A stretch of 37,515 nucleotides of DNA from Bradymonadia bacterium. Lineage in GTDB: Bacteria > Myxococcota_A > Bradymonadia > UBA7976 > UBA1532. Position numbers and translations under genes: made by a program. Location: NCBI GenBank assembly GCA_046290225.1, contig JBKAGE010000015.1:1-37515 (forward strand), read 5' to 3'. Shown here piece after piece: positions 7,561-17,278 of this stretch. The first letter of the stretch is position 1. Every line of letters begins with the position of its first letter. A model generated the notes under the pieces. The model saw only the letters and a list, made by a program, of their open reading frames with translations. It was not told the origin of the DNA and ran no database searches.

Positions 7561-7638
7561 CTGAGTCTGTTTGCTGGGCCTGCTTGCTGGGCCTGCTTAC
7601 TGAGCCTGCTTACTGGGCCTGCTTACTGGGCCTGGCTC
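7561..7638. repeat. 6 x 13-bp tandem repeat, consensus CTGGGCCTGCTTA
   Basis: Units at 7561, 7574, 7587, 7600, 7613 and 7626, plus a degenerate unit at about 7548. The array overlaps the stop codon of the lepB-like gene. Confidence 0.92.
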
Positions 7639-8300
7639 TGAGTCGCGGGCTGGTCGACTCTGGCCTTGCCCAGCCACAAGGGTACGCCGACGACGCCGAC
7701 GATGGCTGACTCGGGCACGGCGAGCCCAGGCGGACCATCGGGACAGATGGGACGGTTGTCGCACAGGATGAAGACGTGCCCGGGCGGCACGGTGATGGGC
7801 TCGAAGTTCAGCGCCCAGGGACGCACATTGCCCACGTGATCACCGAGCACATGGTAGAGCAGCGCATCTGCAGCGCCTTCTCTGATGAAGTGCTGACGCC
7901 TTGGTGGCATCTCTGCTTCTTCAAGCTCCTGGTAGGCGAAGGAGCCCACCTTGCGCGCCTCGATGGGCTGACCATTTCGGATCAACCGGCCATCCTCGGT
8001 CTGGATCACGTCACCGGCGCTGCCGAGGATCCGACGGACCACGGCACCGGCCTCTTCGGTGTCGATGAGCACGACATCCCCGAGCTTGGGCGGGCGACTG
8101 CGATGGATAAGGACCACGTCACCGTCGAGGGCTGTGGGGGCCATGGTGTTCCCCCGGATCACGACGAGCTCGAAGAAAAAGAGCCGCGCGACGACGAGTC
8201 CGATGATCGCGAGCAGGATGAACACCCGGGCGGTCTTGCGCCCTCGCTGGGGCGGCGGCCGATGGGGGCCGATGATGAGAGCGCCGGTCTTGAGCTTCAT
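7623..8300 (-). CDS. signal peptidase I (S26) homologue with substituted catalytic residues
   Basis: Start taken as ATG 8300 (MKLKTG), since the longer ORF overlaps nusB. TM helix, then VIRGNTMAPT, LGDVV, VVRRILGSAGD, TVPPGHVFILCDNR, VPESAIVG. These are SPase I boxes B-E, but with S>T and K>R. Confidence 0.85.
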   Translation of the reverse strand: MKLKTGALIIGPHRPPPQRGRKTARVFILLAIIGLVVARLFFFELVVIRGNTMAPTALDGDVVLIHRSRPPKLGDVVLIDTEEAGAVVRRILGSAGDVIQTEDGRLIRNGQPIEARKVGSFAYQELEEAEMPPRRQHFIREGAADALLYHVLGDHVGNVRPWALNFEPITVPPGHVFILCDNRPICPDGPPGLAVPESAIVGVVGVPLWLGKARVDQPATQSQAQ

Positions 8301-8326
8301 GGGGGATCTGGCCTCGAGAGTCGGCC

Positions 8327-8836
8327 TCAGGCCTTGGCCTCGAGCTCCTGAGCGATGTGATCGAGGATGCCGTTGACGAACTTGCCGCTGTCTTCGGTGC
8401 CAAACCGCTTGGCGAGCTCGATGGCCTCGTTGAGGGTGACGCGGGTGGGGATGTCGGACTCGAAAGCGAGCTCGTAGGCGGCGAGGCGCAACACGTTGCG
8501 ATCGACACGGCCCATCCGCGAGATCTTCCAGTGATGGGAGCACCGACCGATGAGCTCGTCGAGGGAGGTCATGTGACCCATGACCCCACGGACGAGCCGC
8601 TCGGTGAACTGCCAGATACGGGCCTCGCCATCGAAGATGGACTGGGCGCGCTCGATGAGGCTGTCTTCGGGCGCGTCGGGATCACCCCCGAGCAAGTGGG
8701 CCATGGCCTCGCCGTCACCGGCGAAGACTGCCTGGTAACGCTCGAGGGCAGTGCCGGCGTCGTCTTCCTGGGCGAGGTCGAGGGCGAACAACATCTGTAG
8801 AGCCGCCTCACGGGCGGTATGGCGGGCGGAGGACAT
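8327..8836 (-). CDS. nusB: transcription antitermination factor NusB
   Basis: RHTAREAALQMLF, WKISRMGRVDRNVLRLA, NEAIELAKRFG, FVNGILD. Follows ribH. Confidence 0.97.
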   Translation of the reverse strand: MSSARHTAREAALQMLFALDLAQEDDAGTALERYQAVFAGDGEAMAHLLGGDPDAPEDSLIERAQSIFDGEARIWQFTERLVRGVMGHMTSLDELIGRCSHHWKISRMGRVDRNVLRLAAYELAFESDIPTRVTLNEAIELAKRFGTEDSGKFVNGILDHIAQELEAKA

Positions 8837-8839
8837 GGC

Positions 8840-9418
8840 TCAGGCCTCTTCTTCGCTCTCGGACGCCTCGGCGCCGGCGCTGATGTAGGGGTTGTCGGCG
8901 GCGATCTCTACAGCATTCTCAGTGCTGATCTCTTCAGTGGAGAGATCGAGCTGCTCGTAGAGGTCGACCATCTCGATGGCCGAGGTGGCGGCTTCCCAGC
9001 CCTTGTTGCCGGCCTTGGTCCCGGCGCGCTCGATGGCCTGCTGGATCGTGTCGCAGGTGAGCACGCCGAAGGCCACGGGCAGATCGGCGTCGAGGGACAC
9101 CTGGGCGAGTCCCTTGGCGCACTCCCCGGCGACATAGTCGAAGTGCGGGGTGGCCCCTCGGATGACGCAGCCGATGGCGATGATGGCGTCGAAGTCGCCT
9201 CTGGCGGCGACGCGCTTGGCCACCATGGGCAGCTCATAGCAGCCCGGGGCCCGCACGATGACGATCTGCTCGGGATCACCACCGTGACGCACCACAGCGT
9301 CGATGGCCCCCTCGACGAGCCGGTCGACGATGAAGTGGTTGAAGCGGCCGGCGACGATGGCGAAGCGCCGGCCGTCTGCCTTCATGTGTCCTTCGATGCT
9401 GGTGGGCGAGGCCGTCAC
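8840..9418 (-). CDS. ribH: 6,7-dimethyl-8-ribityllumazine synthase
   Basis: [49 protein letters not shown]. Carries an acidic C-terminal extension. Confidence 0.98.
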   Translation of the reverse strand: MTASPTSIEGHMKADGRRFAIVAGRFNHFIVDRLVEGAIDAVVRHGGDPEQIVIVRAPGCYELPMVAKRVAARGDFDAIIAIGCVIRGATPHFDYVAGECAKGLAQVSLDADLPVAFGVLTCDTIQQAIERAGTKAGNKGWEAATSAIEMVDLYEQLDLSTEEISTENAVEIAADNPYISAGAEASESEEEA

Positions 9419-10581
9419 TGGCTTTCTCCTGGATTCTCTTTGGTCGGAATCTGAATGTGCTCGACGACCTGGATACCATAGCCCTCGATGCCTTTGATCT
9501 TCGATGGGCTGGTGGTCAGCAGTCGCAGCTGCTTCACCCCGAGGTCGAGCAGGATCTGGGCCCCGATGCCGAACTCTCGCAGATCGGGGGGCAAGCCGAT
9601 GGCCCCAGGCTCGGGCTCACGAGGCTTCACCGGGCCTCCAGCGAGCACCTTGAGCTCTTGAGACATGCGCGGCGCGGGCTTTTGCAGATAGACCAGCACA
9701 CCACAGCCCTCGTCGTGCATGGCCCGCAAGGCGAACTCGAGTTTGCGCCGACTGTCGGTCTGAGCGCACCGGAACACATCGCCGATGACGCTCTCCTGAT
9801 GCACACGGCCCAACACAGGCTCGTCTTCTACGGGGCTGCCCTTGACGAGGGCGAGGTGCTCGAGGCTGTCCACGTGGTTCCGATAGCTCACGGCCTTGAA
9901 CTCGCCGATGCCGTCGAGATTCACCATGACCTCGCTCACGCGCTCCACGAGGCTCTCTCGAAGCAAACGGTAACGGATGATGTCGGCGACGGAGACGATC
10001 ATGAGATCATGACGCTCGGCGAAGACCTCGAGCTCGGGGCGCCGGGACATAGTGCCGTCGTCGTTCATGATCTCGCAGATGACACCGGCAGGCTTGAGGC
10101 CTGCGAGGCGGGCGAGATCGACCGAGCCTTCGGTCTGGCCGGTGCGCACCAGCACCCCACCGGCCCGGGCCCGCAGCGGGAACACGTGGCCAGGGCGAGC
10201 GAGATCGGAAGGCCGGGCATCATCGTTCATGGCCACCTTGATGGTGTGGGCCCGATCAGCAGCGCTGATGCCGGTGGTGACACCCTCGGCGGCTTCGATG
10301 CTGATGGTGAACGCGGTGCCGTACTTGCTGCGGTTCTTCGACACCATCAGGGGCAGATCGAGTCGATCGCACCGCTCAGGGGTCAGAGCGAGGCAGATGA
10401 GGCCTCGGCCTTGTACGGCCATGAAGCTGATGGCTTCGGGGGTGATCTTCTCGGCGGCCATGACGAGATCGCCCTCGTTCTCACGATCTTCATCGTCGAC
10501 GAGGATGACCATGCGGCCGTCGCGAATGCGCCCCAGGGCCTGCTCGACCCGGGCGATGATCTCAGCGTCTTCTCGCTTCAT
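9415..10581 (-). CDS. ribB: 3,4-dihydroxy-2-butanone-4-phosphate synthase fused to a degenerate GTP cyclohydrolase II domain (RibBX-like)
   Basis: RibB motifs [45 protein letters not shown] and GVICEI. The C-domain reads [19 protein letters not shown] instead of RxHSECxTGDxxxSxRCDC. Start set at ATG 10581 (GGAG RBS). Confidence 0.93.
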   Translation of the reverse strand: MKREDAEIIARVEQALGRIRDGRMVILVDDEDRENEGDLVMAAEKITPEAISFMAVQGRGLICLALTPERCDRLDLPLMVSKNRSKYGTAFTISIEAAEGVTTGISAADRAHTIKVAMNDDARPSDLARPGHVFPLRARAGGVLVRTGQTEGSVDLARLAGLKPAGVICEIMNDDGTMSRRPELEVFAERHDLMIVSVADIIRYRLLRESLVERVSEVMVNLDGIGEFKAVSYRNHVDSLEHLALVKGSPVEDEPVLGRVHQESVIGDVFRCAQTDSRRKLEFALRAMHDEGCGVLVYLQKPAPRMSQELKVLAGGPVKPREPEPGAIGLPPDLREFGIGAQILLDLGVKQLRLLTTSPSKIKGIEGYGIQVVEHIQIPTKENPGESQ

Positions 10582-10622
10582 GGCGTCTGGCTCCGCAGAT
10601 CTTGTCGGTGAACTCTCGTCGA

Positions 10623-11300
10623 TTACGTGTTGTCGCCGGAGGGCCATACGCCACCCCGGACGAGGGCCTCGAGATCGACACCCCCATGCTCGGCTTCTGC
10701 TCGGCCCTCTCGGACGGTGAGCAGGCGCTCGATGTACTTGCCCAGGATGTCCATTTCAAGGTTAACCCGCTCTCCCACCCGCCGAGTGTGCAACTGCACG
10801 ATGTCCTGGGTGTGGGGGATCAGCACGACAGAGAAGCCCTGGTCATCGACTTCGTTCACCGTGAGGCTGATGCCATCGATGGTGATCGAGCCTTTGGGGA
10901 CGAGGTAGCGCAGCAGATGTCGGGGCACGTTGAAGTGCATCTGCTGGGCCCGACCGAGGGGCGTGATGGTGCGCACGGTGCCCGTGGCGTCGACGTGACC
11001 GCTGACGATGTGACCACCGAGACGATCGCCCACCTTGAGGGCTCGCTCGAGGTGTACGCCGTCACCCGCCTGACGATCGCCGAGGGTGGTCTTGTCGAGG
11101 GTCTCTGCTGAGGCCTCTACCTCGAAGGCATCGCCGCCAAAGTGGGTGACCGTGAGACAGGCGCCGTCGACGGCGACGCTCTCGCCGAGGGTCAGCTCGC
11201 TCACCATGGAGCGAGGGGCCTCGATCACGAGGGTGGCGCCGAGGCCGGTGTGGGTCTTGCGTCGCAGGCGTCCGGTGACCTCGATGAGCCCGGTGAACAT
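10623..11300 (-). CDS. ribE: riboflavin synthase (alpha chain)
   Basis: Signature N-terminus MFTGLIE at ATG 11300. GESVAVDGACLTV, LERAL, RLGGHIVSGHVD, KGSITIDGISLTVN, VNLEMDILGKY. Confidence 0.98.
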   Translation of the reverse strand: MFTGLIEVTGRLRRKTHTGLGATLVIEAPRSMVSELTLGESVAVDGACLTVTHFGGDAFEVEASAETLDKTTLGDRQAGDGVHLERALKVGDRLGGHIVSGHVDATGTVRTITPLGRAQQMHFNVPRHLLRYLVPKGSITIDGISLTVNEVDDQGFSVVLIPHTQDIVQLHTRRVGERVNLEMDILGKYIERLLTVREGRAEAEHGGVDLEALVRGGVWPSGDNT

Positions 11301-11325
11301 GGAGTGCTCCTTCTCGTGCGCATCC

Positions 11326-12420
11326 TTATGATGCGGAAGATGGCCTCTGGATGATGCCTGCCACCTTGACGTCGCTGCCGAGGATGCTGATCTCTGGCGC
11401 GTCGAGCTGCCACCCCTCGGGGATGGTGGCCACTGAAGGCAGCGCCACCACGGGGCGCCCTTCACCGATGATCTTGGGAGCGATGTAGATGCGGGCTTCG
11501 TCGGCGAGGCCTGCCTCGAGCAGGCTGCCATGGAGCACGCCGCCCCCTTCGACCATGATCGAGACGAGGCCTCGCTGATGCAGATGCCCCATGACAGCGT
11601 CGAGATCGAGGCGACCAGGGGCCACCTCGTCGACTTGCAGCATCTCGGTGCCTGTGGCGGCGAGGGCAGTCACTCGACTCTGCTCGGCACCAGGGCCATG
11701 AAAGATGATGGCCTGAGGTCCGAGCAACGCTGCTTCAGGACTCAGGCTCAACGCAGGATCGAGCACGATGCGTTGTGGGTTTTCACCTGGCACGCCCCGC
11801 ACAGTGAGACGGGGATCATCTGAACGGGCAGTGCCGGCGCCGATCATCACCCCATCGACCTGGGCTCTGAGGCGGTGGACGTCGGCCCGGGCCTCAGGAC
11901 CAGTGATCCACTGGGAGTGCCCCTCTGCTGTCGCGATGCGGCCGTCGAGAGTGACTGCGGCCTTGAGGATAATCCAGGGTCGCTTGTGCAACATGTATCG
12001 ACTGAACGGCGCGATGGCCCAGGCGCAGGCGCCCGACTCAAGTCCCACGTGCGTCTCGATGCCGGCGGCTTCGAGCAGGCTGATGCCTTTACCGGCCACC
12101 AACGGGTTGGGATCGATCACCCCTGCCCAGACCTTCTTGATGCCCGCGGCGATGATCGCGTCGGTGCATGGCGGCGTGCGGCCATGATGGCAACAGGGCT
12201 CGAGGGTGACGAACAACTCGGCTCCCCGTGCCTGCGCACCAGCGTCGAGCAAGGCCATGGGCTCGGCGTGGCGACCACCGACGGCTTGCGTCACGCCCTC
12301 GCCGACGATCTCGCCGTTCTTGACGATGACGCAACCCACACGGGGGTTCGGGCTGGTGCGGTGTGTCGCCTCTCGGGTCAGCTCAAGGGCCCGCCGCATG
12401 AAGCGTGCAGGATCGCTCAC
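11326..12420 (-). CDS. ribD: bifunctional pyrimidine deaminase/reductase RibD
   Basis: [53 protein letters not shown]. Confidence 0.98.
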   Translation of the reverse strand: MSDPARFMRRALELTREATHRTSPNPRVGCVIVKNGEIVGEGVTQAVGGRHAEPMALLDAGAQARGAELFVTLEPCCHHGRTPPCTDAIIAAGIKKVWAGVIDPNPLVAGKGISLLEAAGIETHVGLESGACAWAIAPFSRYMLHKRPWIILKAAVTLDGRIATAEGHSQWITGPEARADVHRLRAQVDGVMIGAGTARSDDPRLTVRGVPGENPQRIVLDPALSLSPEAALLGPQAIIFHGPGAEQSRVTALAATGTEMLQVDEVAPGRLDLDAVMGHLHQRGLVSIMVEGGGVLHGSLLEAGLADEARIYIAPKIIGEGRPVVALPSVATIPEGWQLDAPEISILGSDVKVAGIIQRPSSAS

Positions 12421-12887
12421 TCCGGCCTGCCCTTCCCATGGTGCAGGAACCGGTCGAGCTCCTGCATAAACTCATTGACGTCTCTGAAATCTCGATAGAC
12501 GGAGGCGAAGCGTACATAGGCCACGCCGTCGAGATCTTTGATGCCCTGCATCACCACCTCACCGATCTCGGTGGAGTTGACCTCTTTGTCTCCCTTGCCG
12601 GCGAAGACCCGCTCGACGTCGTCGACGAGGGCGTCGATGGCGTCCACAGAGACCGGACGCTTCTCACATGCCCGGGCGACACCCCGTCGGATCTTCTCGC
12701 GGTCGAAGGGCTCTCGGTTGTCGTCTCGCTTCACGACCACGGGCAGCAGGGCCTCGACCCGCTCGTAGGTGGTGAACCGGCGCCCACACGTCTCGCACGC
12801 GCGACGGCGCCGGGTGGCGTTGGCGTCACGGTTGAAACGGGAGTCGACGACTTTGGTCTGCTCAGATCGACAGAAGGGGCAGCGCAC
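12417..12887 (-). CDS. nrdR: transcriptional repressor NrdR
   Basis: [32 protein letters not shown]-cone, [13 protein letters not shown]. Confidence 0.98.
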   Translation of the reverse strand: MRCPFCRSEQTKVVDSRFNRDANATRRRRACETCGRRFTTYERVEALLPVVVKRDDNREPFDREKIRRGVARACEKRPVSVDAIDALVDDVERVFAGKGDKEVNSTEIGEVVMQGIKDLDGVAYVRFASVYRDFRDVNEFMQELDRFLHHGKGRPE

Positions 12888-12938
12888 GGGACCTCGTATT
12901 CTGAGGAGAGGGATCTCCTGAAGGGGGCCTGAACAGGC

Positions 12939-13403
12939 TCAGGCGCGCTCGGGGGTGTGGATTTTAGCGACGCGGCCGGCGTGTCGGCCACCTTCGAATG
13001 CCGTGGAGAGAAACTGCTCCACGATGGATTTGGCCACCTCGTCTCCGACGACCCGGGCACCGATGCACACGATCTGGGCGTCGTTGTGGGCCCGCGCCAT
13101 GCGGGCGGTGACGTCGTCGTGCACGAGGGCGGCCCGGATACCGGGGACCTTGTTCGCCGCGATGGAGATGCCGATGCCGGTGCCACAGATGAGGATGCCA
13201 AAACGGGCACGCCCTTCGATGATGGCGTGGCCCACAGCTTGACCATAGTCGGGGTAGTCCACCCGATCGGCGCTCCCAGGGCCCAAATCGAGGATCTGTT
13301 CGAAGCCGAGGGCTTCGAGGTGGGCCACAAGGGCTGTCTTGAGGGCAAAGCCGGCGTGATCGGAGCCAATGGCCACGACCTCGTGGGTGACGAGGCTGCT
13401 CAT
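12939..13403 (-). CDS. rpiB: ribose-5-phosphate isomerase B
   Basis: IGSDHAGFALK, VDYPDY, GILICGTGIGISIAANKVPGIRAA, ARAHNDA, FEGGRH. Confidence 0.98.
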   Translation of the reverse strand: MSSLVTHEVVAIGSDHAGFALKTALVAHLEALGFEQILDLGPGSADRVDYPDYGQAVGHAIIEGRARFGILICGTGIGISIAANKVPGIRAALVHDDVTARMARAHNDAQIVCIGARVVGDEVAKSIVEQFLSTAFEGGRHAGRVAKIHTPERA

Positions 13404-14653
13404 GAGACGTCTCCTCGGCGCAACGCGATCGTGGCGTTGGTGCCGCCAAAGCCAAAGCTGTTGGTCAACGCGATCTCGAACGACCCCTCTCGGGGGCCCT
13501 CAGAGAGGTAATCGAGATCGCACCCCTCCCCTGCCTCGGTGAGGTTGATGGTGGGGGGAGCGATTTGATGATGCAGGGCCAGGGCGGTGTAGGCAGCCTC
13601 CACAGCCCCAGCGGCACCGAGCATGTGGCCGGTCATCGACTTCGTGCTGCTCACCCATACATGGCCCGCGTGCTCACCGAGAGCCCGCTTGATGGCCTGC
13701 GTCTCGGCGAGATCACCTTCGGGTGTGCTGGTGGCGTGGGCGTTGATGTAGCTCACCTGCTCAGGGGCGACACCAGCATCTGCCAGCGCAGCGGTCATGG
13801 CCCGAGCGGCCCCTGTCCCCCCAGGCGCAGGCTGGGTGATGTGATGGGCATCACTGCTTTGGCCAAAGCCAGCGATCTCGGCATAGATGCAGGCCCCGCG
13901 GGCCCGTGCGAGTTCGAGCTCTTCGAGAATCAGAACGCCAGCGCCTTCAGCGCAGACAAAGCCATCCCGGCGGGCATCGAAGGGTCGGCTGGCGCTCTGT
14001 GGCTCATCATTTCGGGTCGAGAGCGCCTTCATCGCGGCGAAGCCTGACACCCCGATGGGGGTGATGGTGGCCTCGGCGCCCCCGGCGAGCATGATGTCGG
14101 TCTCACCCCAGGCGATCATCCGGGCGGCGTCGCCAATGCAGTGGGCCCCAGTGGCGCACGCGCTCACAGTCCCGAAGTTGGGCCCCTGGGCGCCGACGTG
14201 AATCGACACCTGCCCTGCGGCGAGGTTGGGGATGAGTCGAGGGATCGTGAGGGGGCTCACCCGACGGGGACCGCGGGTGGCGAGGGTGCGAGCGGTCTCT
14301 TCCAGGGTGGTGAGGCCGCCGAGGCCAGCGCCGATGATCACCCCCACCCTCTCGGGATCGACGAAAGGCTGAGGGAGCCCGCCATCTTCGATGGCGAGGG
14401 CAGAGGCGGCGATGGCGTATTGGATGAATGGGTCACAGCGGCGAGCATCTCGAGCGCTGCCCCACCGGGTGAAGTCGAAGTCTCGAACCTCACCGGCGAT
14501 GCGCGCGCTGTACCCCTCTGTGTCGAAGCGCGTGATGGGGCCCACACCAGAGCGGCCTGCCAGGAGGGCAGACCAGTTGGCCTCTCTCCCGAGGCCGAGG
14601 GGGGTGATCAGACCGATGCCGGTGATCGCCACCCGCCGAGGGCCGTACCGCAT
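13400..14653 (-). CDS. fabF: beta-ketoacyl-ACP synthase II
   Basis: RRVAITGIG, SACATG (catalytic Cys), SRPFD, YINAHATST, STKSMTGHMLGAAG, NSFGFGGTN. Start is ATG 14653 or GTG 14671. Confidence 0.97.
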   Translation of the reverse strand: MRYGPRRVAITGIGLITPLGLGREANWSALLAGRSGVGPITRFDTEGYSARIAGEVRDFDFTRWGSARDARRCDPFIQYAIAASALAIEDGGLPQPFVDPERVGVIIGAGLGGLTTLEETARTLATRGPRRVSPLTIPRLIPNLAAGQVSIHVGAQGPNFGTVSACATGAHCIGDAARMIAWGETDIMLAGGAEATITPIGVSGFAAMKALSTRNDEPQSASRPFDARRDGFVCAEGAGVLILEELELARARGACIYAEIAGFGQSSDAHHITQPAPGGTGAARAMTAALADAGVAPEQVSYINAHATSTPEGDLAETQAIKRALGEHAGHVWVSSTKSMTGHMLGAAGAVEAAYTALALHHQIAPPTINLTEAGEGCDLDYLSEGPREGSFEIALTNSFGFGGTNATIALRRGDVS

Positions 14654-14698
14654 GAGAACCTTCGGGCCCACTGTACATTCAGGCGATCGCCCGAACGC

Positions 14699-14938
14699 TC
14701 AGCGAGCGTGCTCCTGCACGTAGTTGATGGCGTCTTGCACAGTGCGGATGTTCTCAGCCTCTTCATCGGGGATTTCGATGTCGAAGGCGTCTTCCATGGC
14801 CATGACCAGCTCGACGATGTCGAGGGAGTCCGCACCCAAATCATCGACAAAGTTGGTCTCCGGAGAGAGCTCTTTGTCATGCACATCGAGCTGCTCGATG
14901 ATGATTTGTCGTACTCGTTCTTCGTTTTTTCTGGCCAT
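14699..14938 (-). CDS. acpP: acyl carrier protein
   Basis: [41 protein letters not shown] at 14938 preceded by GGAG. Confidence 0.98.
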   Translation of the reverse strand: MARKNEERVRQIIIEQLDVHDKELSPETNFVDDLGADSLDIVELVMAMEDAFDIEIPDEEAENIRTVQDAINYVQEHAR

Positions 14939-15109
14939 CACGACTCCACAGAATTCACTGCGCCAGCGCTTGAAACGTTTCGGCTCCAAGCGCATCGGCC
15001 CACAGTGCCTCAGCTCCGCTTTCGAGCCCATTGAGTATGGGACCACAGCGCCTGGGACCACCGGCCATGGGTATCAGCGATGGGCCTGTGTGTCAACGCG
15101 ACGCACCTT

Positions 15110-16306
15110 TCACGACCCACCTCCAGAATGCGCGCCCGTGGCCCGGGTGATGGGCAGCTCGGCGGTGGTCAGAGGCTCCCCGTCACCGGGTGTGTTGAGC
15201 AGGGCTGCCCTCAGGGCGCTCACCAGATCAGCCTCGTGGTGACGGCGGGCCATCTGCACAGCGCGAACCACTGAGATCTCGGCGGCCTGGCCATGGATGG
15301 CAACGGCGACGCCTTCGACCCCGAGCAGGGGTGCAGCACCGGTCCGGGCGTCATCGAGGGCCTCTCTCACCCGACGCATGCTCTTCTTGAGCAATCGGGC
15401 CCCGAGGGCGCCGATCCAGTCACCGGTGATGCTCTGACGAATCCGACCCATCAGGGCCTTCGCTGCGGCCTCAGCCACCCTGGCAGCGATGCGGCCGGTG
15501 AAGCCGTCGGCCACGACGACATCGACCTCGCCCTTGAGCATGCTCTGGGCATCGAGAGGTCCGAGGTAGTTGAGATCGGCGCCGACGAGCAGTCGGTGGG
15601 CTTCGCGATGGGTCTCGGTGGCCCAGGAGAGTTCAGTGCCGCCGGAGAGCAGGCCCACCCGAGGACGCTCGAGGCCGAGCTCGTGTTGAGCAAAGGCTGA
15701 TCCCATGAGGGCGAACTGCATCAGGTGGCTGGCGCGGCACTCCTGGTTGGCCCCGACGTCGAGCAGCACGATGGGATCCCGCTCGGTGGGCAGGCAGCCC
15801 ACGACGGCCGGCCGATCGCACTGGGGCACCCGCCTCAAAGTCAGCAGAGCCGAGGCGAGCAGGGCGCCGGTGTTCCCTGAGGAGATCATGGCGCAGGCGT
15901 CGCCCTGCTGTACGGCCCTCAAGGCCACGTGAATCGAGCTGTCGGTCTTGGTGCGCGCGGCGCGGCCAGGGTGCTCACCGGCGCCGATCATCTGCGGCGC
16001 GTCGACGAGGGTGAGCTGTCCGCGGATCGCATCGGCGTCACGAACCTGACCGAGCAAGCGGTCGAGATCTGCGCTCAGCTCTGCTTCTCGGCCAACGAGC
16101 AGGATCGGACCATGGCCGTCACGGCATGCGCGGATGGCACCCCGGATCAGGACTTCTGACCCAGGACCACCCATTGCGTCGAGGGCGACGGGCAGGCGCT
16201 GCAGTGAGGATGGATGCAGTGTTGAAGAGTTCTGCGCTGAAGGCTTTTGGGGCGATGGGGTGCTGGACCCCTGAGCAGCCCCCGAGGCTTCGGGGGCGCC
16301 GGCCAT
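15110..16306 (-). CDS. plsX: PlsX-family phosphate acyltransferase homologue (divergent)
   Basis: ALDAMGG, SSGNTGA, DRPA, LLDVGAN, PRVGLL, DVVVADGFTG, APLLG. Lies directly after rpmF. Several normally conserved residues are replaced. Confidence 0.9.
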   Translation of the reverse strand: MAGAPEASGAAQGSSTPSPQKPSAQNSSTLHPSSLQRLPVALDAMGGPGSEVLIRGAIRACRDGHGPILLVGREAELSADLDRLLGQVRDADAIRGQLTLVDAPQMIGAGEHPGRAARTKTDSSIHVALRAVQQGDACAMISSGNTGALLASALLTLRRVPQCDRPAVVGCLPTERDPIVLLDVGANQECRASHLMQFALMGSAFAQHELGLERPRVGLLSGGTELSWATETHREAHRLLVGADLNYLGPLDAQSMLKGEVDVVVADGFTGRIAARVAEAAAKALMGRIRQSITGDWIGALGARLLKKSMRRVREALDDARTGAAPLLGVEGVAVAIHGQAAEISVVRAVQMARRHHEADLVSALRAALLNTPGDGEPLTTAELPITRATGAHSGGGS

Positions 16307-16506
16307 CAGGCCTCGACCTCGACCACGGGCAGGATGTAGCGGCCCTCTTCACGGGAGCCGTACCAGCCACAGGTGTTGCAGACCCGGTGGGGGCGCTTGG
16401 GGGCGCCACACTGAGCACACTCGTTGAACACGGCGGCGCTGATCTTGTGGGTGGCGCGACGGCTGTCACGCTTGCTCTTGGACTTGCGCCTCTTCGGGAC
16501 TGCCAT
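16306..16506 (-). CDS. rpmF: 50S ribosomal protein L32
   Basis: MAVPKRRKSKSKRDSRR, CAQCG, RPHRVCNTCGWY (zinc-binding form). RBS GAGGAG. Confidence 0.98.
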   Translation of the reverse strand: MAVPKRRKSKSKRDSRRATHKISAAVFNECAQCGAPKRPHRVCNTCGWYGSREEGRYILPVVEVEA

Positions 16507-16577
16507 GATATCTCTCCTCAGTGAGCTGAATAGGTTTCAGTCGTTTGAATGACCGCCGAGATCACCCGGCGGCGTGA

Positions 16578-17189
16578 TCAGTCTTTGCTTTCCTCACCCT
16601 CGTCGCTCTCGGCCTCCATGGCGGCCTTCATCGCCGCCAGGGGTGCCCAACGAGGGTCCACCTGCTCTTGCTGCTGTTGCTCCAAGGCCTCGAGGGCCGC
16701 CTTGCCACACTCACCGGGCATGATGCCCTCTGACTCGCAGGAAGGGTTCATGGGCATCTCGAGCACGATGTACTCGAGCAGCAGCTCTTCGAGCTTGACC
16801 TCATCGCCTGTGTAATAGGCCATGTCGGTGTCTTCGACGCCGTCCTCGACGGTGATCTCGCCCTCTTCGGGCACGCCACCTTCGGGCTCGGGGGCGATGA
16901 CCACGTGCACGCGCTGAGAGACGGACAGAGCCCGGCCGTTGAGGCAGCGCACGCAGTCGAAGCCGACTTCGGCTTTGATCTGCGCGTCGATGACCACCTC
17001 TTTCTGGGCGAGGTAGGCCATGCCCTCGGCGCTCGCAGGGCCCACGACACGATACCCCAGCTTGCCCACCAGGCCGCTCACGCGCAGGCCCACCTTCTCG
17101 GCATCGAGCTCACCCTTGAAAGGGCAAGCCCCCTCGGCGAGGTCGTGCAGGGTGAAGTTCAGTGGAAGGGTACGCATGTGCTCTGCCAT
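16578..17189 (-). CDS. yceD: YceD/DUF177 family protein
   Basis: CVRCL, LEMPMNPSC, terminal DPRWAPL. Conserved position upstream of rpmF. Confidence 0.92.
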   Translation of the reverse strand: MAEHMRTLPLNFTLHDLAEGACPFKGELDAEKVGLRVSGLVGKLGYRVVGPASAEGMAYLAQKEVVIDAQIKAEVGFDCVRCLNGRALSVSQRVHVVIAPEPEGGVPEEGEITVEDGVEDTDMAYYTGDEVKLEELLLEYIVLEMPMNPSCESEGIMPGECGKAALEALEQQQQEQVDPRWAPLAAMKAAMEAESDEGEESKD

Positions 17190-17207
17190 GGGTCGAAAAG
17201 CCGCGAG

Positions 17208-17236
17208 ACCTTACCGGCGAGGTCGACGGATGTCAA
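17208..17236 (-). promoter_or_regulatory. sigma70-type promoter of the yceD-rpmF-plsX run
   Basis: Minus strand TTGACA (17236-17231), 17-nt spacer, TAAGGT (17213-17208). Confidence 0.65.
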
Positions 17237-17278
17237 TGGGGTGCGAAGTCCGGCGTAAAGCAGCTCAGGCCAGGGGTT

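Noticed and set aside
7548..7638. CRISPR array
   Set aside because: Contiguous 13-bp units with no unique spacers and no cas genes.
8301..8543. N-terminal extensions given by the ORF track for the lepB-like gene (similarly ribE, ribB, acpP, mlaD, DUF3160, barrel, ileS)
   Set aside because: They overlap upstream genes or lack an RBS. Downstream starts fit the family N-termini, signal peptides and Shine-Dalgarno sites.
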